From Mytilus trossulus (Eukaryota), in NCBI RefSeq assembly GCF_036588685.1, contig NC_086373.1, positions 88,226,001 to 88,290,000 of the forward strand: a DNA stretch of 64,000 nt, read 5' to 3'. A program made the position numbers and the translations under genes. This document shows positions 39,817 to 52,839 of this stretch, piece by piece (position 1 is the first letter of the stretch; the number at the start of each line of letters is the position of its first letter). Under the pieces are notes generated by a model that saw only the letters and a program-made list of their open reading frames with translations, had not been told where the DNA came from and did no database searches.

Positions 39817-41691
39817 ATTGGTTATAAAACAAGTTTTTCATCAAAGTATAAAATATCGCTCGGGGTGTCAGATTTTGCATCTCAAGGGGTGGAGGCTTCC
39901 AATAAAAAACGAATAGATTTGCCTATGAATCATGTAAATCGGTCTTTTCCTGATACTTTTTAATTCAAACACATCTACTATATGACGATGACATATTAAA
40001 AACAAAAAGAACTTCATTTTGTCTGTTTTTTTAGTCATATAAGACATGTGCTTTTGATTTCATAAATAGTATAAAAATAACTCAAAATATATTTTACCGC
40101 TGGAAAATGATTTCATTTCCTTTTAAGTTACTATCATGGTCAGAAAAAAAGCCACGACTGTGTTTCAATGCACCGAAACATGGAGGGAAATTACAGAGCA
40201 GACCTCTATATAAGATTTTGCCGAAGCCACTAACACTCCATTAAAGTTCATCATGAGGCTCCTCCCGAAAGCGCTCGTGCAAACCGCAAAAAGTACTCAC
40301 TCAAAACGAATTCGGTTACTCTCGTCAATGAAACACTCACCGGAATCTTTCGCATCAAATGACATTACAGCTTCAGGGAAACATGAAGACAACGACACTA
40401 ATATTCTTAACAAAACAGCGATTCAAAATCTTGAAAAAAATAATTTGTTTTCTGACTTTTATCCAAATGGTAAATTTATTAATAGGTGTACCAAAAAGTA
40501 TTGAGCATATTACAGAAAGCTTATGAAAGCACATAATGGCCGACCCCCAAGACGCAGAAATAAGTTTTTCAGTTCCAAGTCAAAAGATACTATTCGGCAT
40601 TTCAGCTCCATGGACCTTATTACTTAGTATCCCAAAGTCTGACCTCTGTTTAAGATATATTGGTTCTAACATTGAAACATTTCATCATGTTCCATGAGGC
40701 TGACATGGTTTCTTTAATACAAGATGTCTACTGTGCTTTCATTAAAAAAATGTGATTGTGTTCCAAATATGTCACTGGCACTAGAAAGAACCGGGTTGAT
40801 ACAAGAAAGGCAATTTCCCCTAAGTTCCGTTATATGAAACAATGACGCCCGTAATCCACCGATCACAAACATAAATATCGATTGATACCAATTGTCACCC
40901 GCCATTCCTTCAAACTTTTAAAGACCAAAATTTTTACGGATGGCAAGCTCTTTACGGCCTTTCATTCGTAGACCTAAATATTTAAAAGCTTCATGTGCTC
41001 TTTCACAAAGAGAAAGTTTCAAAAACTTGTCTATACCCAATAATTGTTTGCTTTGTATTTATTTGGTCTTCTAGTAGGATGAAAAAAAGTTTGTAGCAAA
41101 TTTTCCAAAACCTCTTAGCTGTATTGTCATTTGATGATAAAGATGCCGGTGAGTGTTTAATTTGAGATAGTTATCGATTTCGTTTCGGAATGAGTGCAGC
41201 ATGCACAAACGCTTTTGTGAGGAACCTGATGAAGAACTTTGATGCCAAAGATACAGTTTGACTGTTGGTGGCTTTGGCAAAATCTTATATGGAGATCTGG
41301 TCTATGATTTTTCTCCATGTGGCGGTGCATTGAGCCACATAAGTGACTTATAATCTGACCATGATAGCGACTGGAAAGGAAAAGAATTTTTTTTTCCAGC
41401 TTCACCCAAAATATTTTGAGTCATTTTTTTTTTTTTATATATTTATGAAATCAAAAGCACATGTCTTATATGACTTCAATAACTAACAAAATGAAGTACT
41501 TTCAATTTTTTAATTGTTATCATAATATAGTAGATGTGTTTGAATTAAAAAAGTATCAGATTAAGACCGATTTACATGATCCATATGCAAATCTATTCGT
41601 ATTTTATTGGAAGCCTCTTCCCCTTGAGATGCAAAATCTGACACCCCGAGCGACACTTTATATTTTTTTGAAAACTATTTTTATAACCAAT
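39817..41691. mobile_element. DNA transposon-like element with long (~200-250 bp) imperfect TIRs
   Basis: attggttataaaa..cgctcggggtgtcagattttgcatctcaagggg vs ccccttgagatgcaaaatctgacaccccgagcg..ttttataaccaat. The interior holds only broken ORFs. Confidence 0.85.
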
Positions 41692-42698
41692 TAATTTTAA
41701 GTATTAAACTGGTATTTGATTAAATTCCATTATAGGAATTCAATTCTATATAAATGTTGCAGAGGGTAGTCGTCTAAAGTAGTTTTTATTCAGAAATTTG
41801 CGTATGAAGCATCAAAATCTGCAACACGGAAAACTAGGGAGGGGTGTTTGAGAAAACAGAGCACTGGAAACGACTTATTTTGCTTGCAGGAAATATATTG
41901 TGTGTCAGTTACTTCCGTGCAGTACATTATATGGTACTAAAAATTCTAAATAAAGAAATTTTGATACTTGAACTTACTTTGATAGTTTTTTTTCGCTTCG
42001 AAATTGCCACCCCGTGTCAAACATATCCGGCACCCCGCATGTGGCGTTCAACACGGTGAAATATGTTGTCAATTGAAAGATCCGGCTTCTGGATGATGTC
42101 AATTTCAGTGAATTTTTAGTTTGATTCAAGTTGTTTTTATGATGTATGATTTGTTCCTTCATCGACAAGATATGTGTATCTTATTGTTATTGTGTTTTCG
42201 AGATGAAGATCAGCAATAAAACCACTATTTCTTTTCTTTTTTCATTTTATGTTTTCGGAGTGACCTTGCGTTCTGAATTAAACACCATGTCTTCTCTTTT
42301 CTATAGAAAGTAAACATTCGACTTTGTGTGTCGGTCTATAAGAAAGCAGGGTATTTACATTTCATCGTCTCGATTATCCATGAAAATTTGTCGATGGACG
42401 TTTTATAGTCATCAAACATGTGCTCGCAGTGAGCTATGAAATTCTGCAAAATTCTCTCTTTTCTTTATAGATATTTATTTATGTTTGTTCATAAAATTTG
42501 ATCACATATTTAGAGGATAACAAAAAACATTTCTCAAATGATAATACAAACACTGATATATTTAATGACATATTTCTTATAATTATATTATCTAGACCAT
42601 GATTTCAATAATATTACCCACATGTACACCTGTACAAAATGAAATAAATTCCATGTTAGTGCAATTAATTTCATTTTAAGTAAATGATGTGATTGCAA

Positions 42699-44566
42699 TC
42701 ACTTATTAACAACAGTTATTCTACTGAAGAATAGTCCCAATGTCTCACAACAAGGTGCTAACCAACAAGTTATACAAATGGTATAGAACTTTTGAAATAA
42801 GTTGCAAATTATATTGACAACTCTCAACAACGGTGTCATACACCATATAGTCTCAAACGCGACGACTGCAAAACAACAACCCCAGTATAGAGCAACGCAT
42901 AATCCACAGAGTAAAGTTACAAATTTGTAACAGCAATCTCTTCCACAATTAAAACAGGCATTGCTGGCAGTCCACACACATTCAAAGCTATGCGCATCGT
43001 CTGGTTCTCCCAAGACATCTTCAAAACTAGCCTATAATCAAATAATATGACATGTTTATATAGTGCATGCATACTTTTTCGAAACTTACTTGCCTAGAGT
43101 TTTATTTCCCCGTGAGCACCACCTGCCCGGTATTCTTCTGTGATGACTTGAGTTATCATTGGGTATATGTTCATAATTATAATCAATTATTAACAAAACT
43201 TTGAATTTTTGAAAGACTTAGGTTTTTCTACTTCAGGAATAGATTACCTTACCTGTATTTGGACAAACTTTTGGGAATATTTGGTCCTCAATGCGCTTCA
43301 ACTTTGTACTTTATTTGGCCTTTTTAATATGTTTGATTCCAGCGTCACTGATGAGTCTTTTGTAGACAAAACGTGCGTCTGGTGTAAATACAAAATTTCA
43401 ATCTGGTTCTATGATGAGTTTATTTAGAAGGATAAAAGACTTATCTTATCCATCTAGTCAAACCGTATAAATATACAAACTTTACTTTTTGAGCAGATAG
43501 TTTAATTAGTACTTAACTAGGCAATTTTTGTATGACCATGGTGTCATCAGTTTAACTTCGATTAATGAGTTTGAGCATCCCTTTACTATATTTCTCTTCC
43601 TTGTGATTATCAAGGATTCATTGACTTAAAACTATTCATTTTTTGTTTGACGACAAGGAGACAATGATATCTTAACTGAATATTTTTTTAGTACCAAAAT
43701 AACACATTCTATTTTTTTTAGTATTTTGATTGATTTGTTTTGTCGTCGAAAATTGGAAATTAGTTCTAAATGTTTGTGTTTTGCAACTTCATGGGAAATA
43801 TATTTCTTGGAAATACAAATCAGCTTCTTCATGGGAGCAATAACATCAAAAATGTCAAAATTGACTTTCATTTTCAGACTGTTGAACTGCATAGATATTG
43901 CCTGTTTAGATTGGCAGATAACTGACAAAACAACAACAAAAATGGATTGAAACCCAAATCAGTATGCGAGAATATTTTTATCCAAATAAAGCATGTTAAG
44001 TTCTGGAAATAGGCTTCAATGTTTTTACCCAGCGAAATGCTGAACAAGTACAGCAAAAGCACCTTACTCCAAGGAAAATTCAAAACGAAAAGTCCTTTAT
44101 CAATTGGCAAAACAAAAAAATATTCCTGACTTGGTACAGGCACTTCGTAATGTCGATTTAGAAAAGGTTTTGTAAAATGAATCCAGGTACTAAGCACGGT
44201 ATAGTCTCATAAGATGGAAAAAATGTAAAAGTGTTAACTTTCTTTATTATAATCAACATGGGCATCACATACATACTTTGAAAGTTTCTCTTTCTCTTTT
44301 TTTTTGTATCAAATTTATCATGTCTTTACAGAAGTTCAGTGTTTTATCTCTGATCACACTAAGCTAAACAACGAGCAAAGATATATTTAACACAAAATTG
44401 TATGCCATAATCCGTTGATATACAGTATACATTTTTGTTTATTCTATTGAACTATGAAATTAACGAAAGCATCGCAAAACTATATGATAAAAACTCGACT
44501 AATTTTTACCTTTATAAAGCCGTTCAGCTCATTAGGATCTCTGTTAATCATATCTAACTCAGCCAT
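42699..44566 (-). CDS. CAV: Caveolin paralog 8 (Cys-rich, 129 aa); exons 44566-44510 and 43031-42699
   Basis: Exon 1 MAELDMINRDPNELNGFIK|gtaa. tag|ASFEDVLGEPDDAHSFECVW...RITVVNK*. Confidence 0.95.
43341..43385 (+). ncRNA. Degenerate hammerhead motif (same family as 7851)
   Basis: agcgtca-CTGATGA-gtcttttgtagac-AAAA-cgtgcg-TC-tggtgt. The GAAA core is mutated to AAAA. Lies in the intron of caveolin 8. Confidence 0.55.
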
Positions 44567-46344
44567 TGCAGTTGTTATTTATCTTGCTGTGTGGACATAT
44601 GATTTACAGTTACAAATATGAAGTGAAGATCTCATATCTGATAAACAAGGTTTGAACACGCATAAAGGGATATGTATGTATCTATTCAATACTGTCAGAA
44701 GCAAGCCAAATTCCTCTATTCTTTAATTCAAATTTTGTAATTTAAATATTGATAGATTTGAATACTCATTGTTTTAACTTTGTATATTTCTTTCTTTATT
44801 GCCCTTCACAAGTTCTTTATAATTAAATTGTGTATTGTCATCAGCAAAACATGTTTCCGGGGTTTTAAATATTCAATTTTATGGAAAAGACCTTATATTT
44901 CGTGTGTTATGTTTCTTGTGTATCTGCATTCTTCACTGCTGGTTTCTCTGTCGTGTCGGCCTTGTATGCTTCTTTTGCTGTTTTTTTCTGTGATACTTCT
45001 TTCATATTTCATATATAGATTTACAATGGCTTACGACACGACACTAGCGTCGGATTTTTTGGAGTGTGGACGAGACAAGAGTACGGGACTCAAACCTACA
45101 CTATTAGACTAAATACAAGTTCAGCTTTTCGCATATACCCCTCCCCCTGTTCCCCTTTACAATTTTATTTTCATTCTTACTCCTACACAATGAAATTATA
45201 TTTCAGACAAAATCAACGATAGATGAAATAAGATTTTATCAGGTTATACTAAAAATATTATTTCATGAAGCTTATTTTAATACGTTAAATTTCATATCCA
45301 CTTCACATTAAATCATATTATCATCAGCAACTTCATTATCTTATAACTAATTATAAAAGCAATGCAAACATATTAATATATGACAGGCTAGTCGAATTGT
45401 TGACATTGTTGACAGGATATTTTCAAAAGAAACTGTGATGCTCTAAAAACGTTAAAGAAGCTCAATTATACTTTAATAGTAAAAAAAACTGTAGGTGATC
45501 CTATCATTCATTCCTATTTCTTTTTATTGTATTTATTCGAAAAACTTTTTGAAAACCTATAATTGGTCCTTGTAATATATATATAGAAGCAGGACGAAAG
45601 ATACCTGAGGGACAGTCAAACTCATAAATCGAAAACAAACTGACAACGCAATGGCTAAAAATGAAAAAGACATACAGAAAAACAATAGTACACATGACTC
45701 AACATAGAAAACTAAAGAATAAGCAACACGAACCCCATCAAAAACTGGGAGTGATATCAGGTGCTCCGGACGGATCTGTGTAGTATAGCATTACACAGAA
45801 ACTATAGACTGAGGAACACAGACCCCATCAACACCTGGGTAGTGGTGTAGGTGAACTAACTGCTCTTAATAGGTTAACAGTTCGTGCAAACAACAAACAT
45901 TATCACCCTTAATATCAAAATGTGTAAACAAAATGTTGAAAACATAATAATAACGATACATAGTTAAAAGTAGATCAGATGTTTAGTAATAATCGTTTCT
46001 TTGTTGATAACGCTATATAATGGGCAATTACTCAGTTTATTTTACTTTAAAAAATAATGTATAGTAAATTATCCTATACTGTTGTGAAAAAAAATCATGT
46101 GGCTCTTATATTTGTTTTATTTTTTTAAAGTACATACGTTATTGATAATAAGATGCTTTTTTGCGTAATTGATTTTAAAATTCTGTCGTTTAGTTTAGTT
46201 TTTTTTTTATTAAACACAAAACAAAAACAAATCATTGACCAACATTTTATATCAAATTTTAAAAAAAGTATGTTAAAACGTTTATTTTTTTTGGTTTTCA
46301 CCTGTTCTAAGTTAACTCATCATAGATTAAAAAAAAAGTTATAA

Positions 46345-46943
46345 AGGCCAAATAAAATACGAAATGGAGGACCATTGAGGACCAAAATTCCTTTACGTTT
46401 TGTCAAATACAGCTTAGGTTATCTATTCCTAAGGTAGAAAAGCCTTAGTATTTCAAAAATTCAAAAGTTTTGTAAACAGTAAATTTATAAATATGACCAT
46501 GTCATCACAGAAGTGCGAACTATTAGGCGGGGAATTAAAACTCCAACAGCAGTGGCATCGACTCAGTGGTTGTAAATAAACTAATCATAGATACCATGAT
46601 TAAACTTTGTCTTTACGCCAGACGCGCGTTTCTACAAAAGACCCATCAGTGACGCTCGATACCAATAAAAAATCATAAACACAAAATAAAGTACGAGGTT
46701 GAAGAGCATTGAGAACCAAAATTCCTAAACGTTTTGTCAAACACAACTACGATAATCTTTACCTGAGGTAGAAAAGCCTTAGTATTTCAAAAATTAAAAA
46801 GTTTGGTAAACAGTTAATATATAAATCTGACCATATAAATGATAATTCATGTCAGTACAGAAGTGCGGACTACTGGGTTGTTGATACCCTCGGAGAAAAA
46901 CCTCCACCAGCACTGGCATCGACCGACTGGTTGTAAATAAACT
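46345..46943 (-). repeat. Tandem ~335-bp hammerhead-bearing (retrozyme-like) repeat, about 1.8 units
   Basis: Units start near 46350 and 46685, with a degenerate hammerhead at 46615-46657. Related fragments at ~7820-8090, 9660-10000, 15470-15680, 30290-30385, 43100-43425 and 54220-54450. Confidence 0.7.
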
Positions 46944-49061
46944 ATGGCAGGAACCTGATGTACAGTGGTTGTTGATGGTTACATAAATGTTTTTCGTTTT
47001 TTATATAGATTAGACTGTTTGTTTTCCTGTTGGAATGGTTTTACACTAGTATTTTCCGGCCCTGTATAGTTTGCTATTTGGTGTGAGCAAAGGCTCCGAA
47101 TGGAAGACCGTACTATGATCTATAATGGTTTACTTTTACAAATTGTTACTTGGATGGAGAGTTGTATCATTGGCACACATACCACATCTTCCGATATCTA
47201 TGATATAAACTCCATGCAAGCAAAGTATTAGACAAATCTTATGTTTTGTAATTCGGACATCCCTTCTGCCTTAAGATGTGTTTATCAAGACGAGTACATG
47301 TCATTGGCGGTATACATTTATCCGTTTTATATAAGTCATTTAGCAGTTATTGTAGAAAAAGCCCATTCTAATTATAATAAAACACTATTTTAGTGATCAG
47401 AGAGCAACAATTTTTATACTCAATAAAACTATGCCTGGAACTAAGTACAAATAATCTGTTATAATGATATATTCATTATCCAAATCAAGTATTTTAAAAT
47501 ATCTTTCCCTGTAGTGAAATCAAGTCCAAATTGTAAGGGAAACAAATCATTAATCACTAGAATTATATAGTAGGAATATTTTAACTACACTATCATATCA
47601 TCATGTATCATCAACTATACTATCCTACTAATGAAACCGAACTCAACTATATCTATCACTAAAGAAAATTAATTCAATACCGTTTTGAAAATTTGTATTA
47701 TGAAAGGACAAAGCCATTCAAATATGTAAATAAATACTTGAGTCAATATCATCTGACCAATGGACATTATTGACCACTTAAAAGTAAGCATACATCCAAG
47801 TGACATAACGTTCATAACAATGTGTAAATCATTGATTTTAGTTATTAAAATGTACCGATGGCATTTGATGAAGTGAAGATATTTTTTTCTTTTTCTAAAA
47901 TTTCGGATGCATTTTTTCACTTGAATTAACCCAACAACTTTTAAAAACCGTAAGTTTTAGATTAAAATGTTCTTTGGTGAAGTATGTTCAAAATTGTTTA
48001 TAGAGTCATTACGATATTAAGATACAAATCTTTGAAAAAATAGATGTTTAGCTGAAAAAAAAATTTGCATGAATTTTACATACTGAAAGCGTATAAGAAA
48101 CGTCAATGATAAATATAAGAGATAACAAGAATTTCAAGTACTTGAACTTTCCTCGGAAGTTAGTAGTTGTGTGATTTTACTTATAACCAGAAGCGTTATT
48201 CTGATTATTTGATTTCTAGAATTGCATTGTCCATTAGCTTGGTTTGTAGGTCGCCGTAGTAGCGACATTTTGACTTTGCTTTTCCTTTTTATATATGATT
48301 TCTTGTTTTAACAAGAATAACGTGATTAATAACATAATGATATACTTCATTGGAAGACTTTATAAAATTAATTTTGAGTTATTCATTGTAGATATACTTT
48401 CAAGAAAAAGTAGTATAAGATTTATAAATAGTTCTGTAATTTATCATCAGGTTTTAAAATAGTATATTAATTTTGACCGAAAAAAAAATAATTTAAATAC
48501 CACCAAATTATATTTTACAGGTTCAAAAAAGGTGTATGTTTATGATATGTTATTTAGATACGGGGTTGTTGCTTATGGTGTCACTACAACAGTGTATAAA
48601 CAAGTAATATAGTTCTATGACCCGATTTACTTAAAGTATGTAGTCCAATTCATGATAATTATAACAAAAAATGCAAGGTTACCGTAGTGTAAGGTTTCAA
48701 TACAACGACCGTTCCTTTATAAACTTTTGTTAAAGATTTAAATAAGCTAAAAATGACTACACAAACAGATTATTATCAAAAGATTTTCGTTTGTAATGTT
48801 AACGAAGATCTGTTATTTAAAAATTGTCATGGTGCGATAAATCATATATGCTTATACTTAAAGTACCATAATGTTGTACTCAGCTATATTCATACTTTTA
48901 ATTCTCTAAATGTGTAAATAATTTTAAAACTGCAAAGTAATCCTCTAAAGCAGATCAGAATAAGATGATAAGTGTCGAAATAACTGAAATTGAATTATAA
49001 TGTTGTTGTGATTCATTTTGATTAATTTCTGTATATAAAAAAAAATCATTTATCATTGTAG

Positions 49062-49655
49062 TCAAGGTGGTATGGGAGTCTAAAATAAAAATGATAGAAT
49101 TTGTTCATACTTTACCAAAACGTACTATTTATTGATATATGTTGAAAAATATAATAAAAATGATAGGTCACCGCGCATTTTCTCAAGCTACAGGACATGA
49201 CAAAATGACACATTTTGTATGGATTATACAGGAAAAAAAACACCATTTTGTGATTAGAAACTAAACAAAATGATAGAATTAATAAATACTTCAGGAAAAG
49301 AGAGCTTTCAGATAACGTTTTGAGAATATCAAAAGAAAAGATAGGGTCACCGTACGTCTTTTCCAGCTAAAATACAAAATAGGAAAATTCCATGTAGAAT
49401 CCTTCATAAAATGCACTGTTTTAGAGTTAGAGAAATGCCAATCCAATTTTTTTTTAAAACAACCAAAAATAATCATCATTTGCAAAAATATTAATATTTT
49501 TAAGTTATATTCTTATACATTGATTCTTTTAAATGAAAATTCACATCAAATATCTGCATTCCTGCATCAAATTTTGCAAACTTGATAGAAAATCTTGACC
49601 TTTGGTTCTCTGCTTTTTACAATCCAAGATGGAGGAAGACCCCATACCACCTTAA
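49062..49655. mobile_element. MITE with TTAA-like ends (Kolobok-like)
   Basis: tcaaggtggtatgggagtct ... agaccccataccaccttaa. Confidence 0.75.
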
Positions 49656-50710
49656 AGACTTTTCAGCAACTTTTAACAACCATAAATGTGTAAGGCACAT
49701 ATGATGTATTTAAATGTGACACAACTTCCCAAAATGTCCACCTACAAATGTTCAAAAGTAAAATCACCAAAAAACTGAACTCAAACTTAACTCAAAACAG
49801 AAATTCTCTAATCAAATGGCAAAATCAAAGCTCAAACACATCAAACGAATGGATAACTAGATAAAATGCCTATGTTGATGTTTTGATTGTATTATGTAAA
49901 TTTAGGTTGATTCCTCACCGATGTTTATCCCATACTTCCTTTTATTACAAATATAAATGAATCCTATGTTTGTCTATTAATGTTAAGACGATAAGGTGTT
50001 TCCATTGTGCTTGTCTTGGTCAAGTAATAAAATGTATATTTGGATCTCCTAATTCAGTATTGTTAAAGGCCTAGCAAAAACTCCAGATAAGATCACAATA
50101 CTAACATTGCATCTTTGTTTCACTTACATTGTGTATTGTATATTGTAATTTGTGTGAAATTTAACATTTGACCCTCTTATGGGTGTAATTTGTGCATAAT
50201 AAAGAATAAAAAGTCGTTTTTGTATTTTATGTTTCCTGTAAATTATTTTATAATTCTTCCATAATTATAAAATAAAGTTATGTTGTATGATTAACGATGA
50301 GAAAGCTATCTAGCCATCATAGTTGAAATGACATACAAGTATGTATTGATGCCATTGATAAGATAAAAGGTGAAAGCAACTTTCAATGGAACTTAGCAAT
50401 TGGAAACATCCTTTAAGTCAGCATCACACTACAGTTTTCACACTTTTTATTTTGTATGTCTATGAAATATTGATATGGTTAATTTTTTTGGCACACTACT
50501 GAAAGTATATGCGACCTAGCAGTTTTGATTATCTGACCTCTAGCTCTTATTAGGGATTTCTATTTTTTTTATATTTTGATGAACCTTTTTACATGAATGT
50601 TACCTCCATTTCTTTAGATATTCATAACTCAACTTTATTATTATTGTGTATATTACGAGCAAGTAGAGTGTGAAAACAACTATTGAAATGGTTTTACTGT
50701 TGAGCTATTT

Positions 50711-52210
50711 CTAACAGGAGTTTAAAAACAACAATTCAAGTTTTCTAACTACGAAAATGTTTACGTTAACACAATGATTGATGAGATGTGTTGTCAAAAG
50801 ACCTAAAAATGGAAATAATGTCAAGTATAAGTGTGTTGACTTAAGTAAATGAATACATTTTGCATAGTCACAAACAAATTCATTGAAAACTTTAATTGCA
50901 AAGTTAACTAAATAAACCTTACTGTACAACATCAATTGTCCAGTTTCTTATTTATTATAGCTTTATTTTTTTTTAGTAAACTTATCATTTCAACTTATAA
51001 TTCTAGTTTTTTCTTTTACTTATCTAGTTTAATCTTTTCAATAAAAAAATTAATAACCACGTTATTCATATACACACAAATTGTATTTCCAACAGAGGTA
51101 TTTGGCCAATGTCCACAGGTCCATAAAATAGAACAGTATTTTTAAGGTATACATATGTACATTGCTGATGAAAATAATACTGATATCATTTTGCATATTC
51201 TGTACTTTTTTTTAGTATTGAAGGAATCCGATAGCAAAAAATGTTGAGTATTGCAAATGTTTTTGATGGAAAAAAAAAGAAGTACAGAAAAATTGGTCTT
51301 ATTTCTTTCAAGAAAAGCAAAATGCAATCTGAAAGTAACAATTCTGTTAGCAAACGAAGTATTGAGTCATGTAAATGTCAAATTGCACAACACATTGTCC
51401 CCTATGCAAACTATGTAACTGTAATTAAATAAATAGATTCTACGGTTGTCGATTGAGTTGTTACATCCTCGCTTGGTGCTATTTTCATTCTTTATGTTTG
51501 TGTTAAAGTGTATGCAAATTTGTGTGTTTTAGTTCTGATTATGGGGTATTTTAATGACAGAAGCTAAAATGATTAAAGTTATTCCTAACCGAGTTACTGT
51601 TCAAGTATCACAAATTATTGAGGTTTATTCAAAGAAAGACAACTGTGACATATTTTGCTATGATGAAAAGTTTATTTTTCATAGTTTATATAAAATTAAC
51701 CGCATATGCTCTGCATAATATTCAAGATGACTAAACTAATCACCAAAAAATCTTTAGTGTAAGTCACAGGAACTCCAATACTTTTTTATCTTGAATTTAA
51801 CGACATCAATCACAAAAGGGGAAGAAAAGATCGAACTGATAGATATGCAACCATAATTAGTAAGTTGACAAAACACATAAAACACCGTAGCAAAATAGAA
51901 TTGATAAAACACTGCTCCATTAGTGAAACTTTTCGTGTTCTTAAAGTTAAAATCATGTGAAGTATTTTCAGACCAGACCAAACTGGTAGAAGCCGCATAT
52001 CTACAATGTAATCCAACAAAAGTATCAAATTCATAAACCATCAGTTCATATAAAATATATCATACAAAAACATGATCAATTTTAAAAGTTTGGATTATTC
52101 ATAATTATCACAAGATTTCTTGACGAAGGGTTCATTAAAACTATAATCCAAAGAAGCAATAGAGGAATTGAAACAACTCTTTTAACGAATGCAAAAGTGA
52201 CAAGAACCTA
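50711..52210 (-). pseudogene. Decayed gene for an unknown hydrophobic protein, copy A
   Basis: Diverged direct repeat of ~52840-54210. Differences are biased to synonymous or conservative changes in minus-strand frames (TTVESIYLITVT / TTVENVYLITVT; SDCILLFLKEIRPI / SDSILLFVKEVRPI). Many stops and frameshifts. Confidence 0.55.
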
Positions 52211-52839
52211 ATTTAAACCTTGGCTTGAATTTAGGTGCTCCGATATTGACTAAATAGGTATGCTGCATTCCTAGCAAATGGCGTTTTGTATTGCCGATAT
52301 ATCCGTTCTCGCTTATTATTGGTTCATGCGATACCTGTAGTGATTGTTTAAACTTATATCTTCATTATGGATTTGGTAGTTTTCAGCATCGATAAACTAC
52401 TGTAACCTTATTTTGTACAAGCGCAAAATGTTATTAGAACTCTTATATAGGTTCTTCGTTTATTTTGTCTTTTTGTTAATAATGTTGTTGGTGTTTTTTG
52501 GCTTTGAACCGATCTGTCGATTAACGTCCTTTCAACTTGTTTAAACAGTTTGTGCTTATGTTGAATTATTACACCAGTGTCTTATGTTATTGAAATAATT
52601 AGCGTTCACATACATGTTAAAACTTGACACATTCTTTGCGTCTCTGTCCCTCCTTGGAACATGTAATTCGGTAATTGTCGTTTGGTTATTGTCTGACATA
52701 TTTGATTTTCGTTCCATGTTCAAGTATAAAAATGCCATTAGTTTGATCTTGTTTTCCCCGAGTGTTTCTCATTTTAGACGGTGGATGAACTGTAGTTCAA
52801 GAACAAAGAATGAAATTCTCTGTCCACAAAGATATTTCA

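Larger units (their letters stand above)
34727..39818. repeat. Inverted segmental duplication, right copy (contains caveolin 7)
   Basis: Near-identical reverse complement of ~751-5874. Confidence 0.93.
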
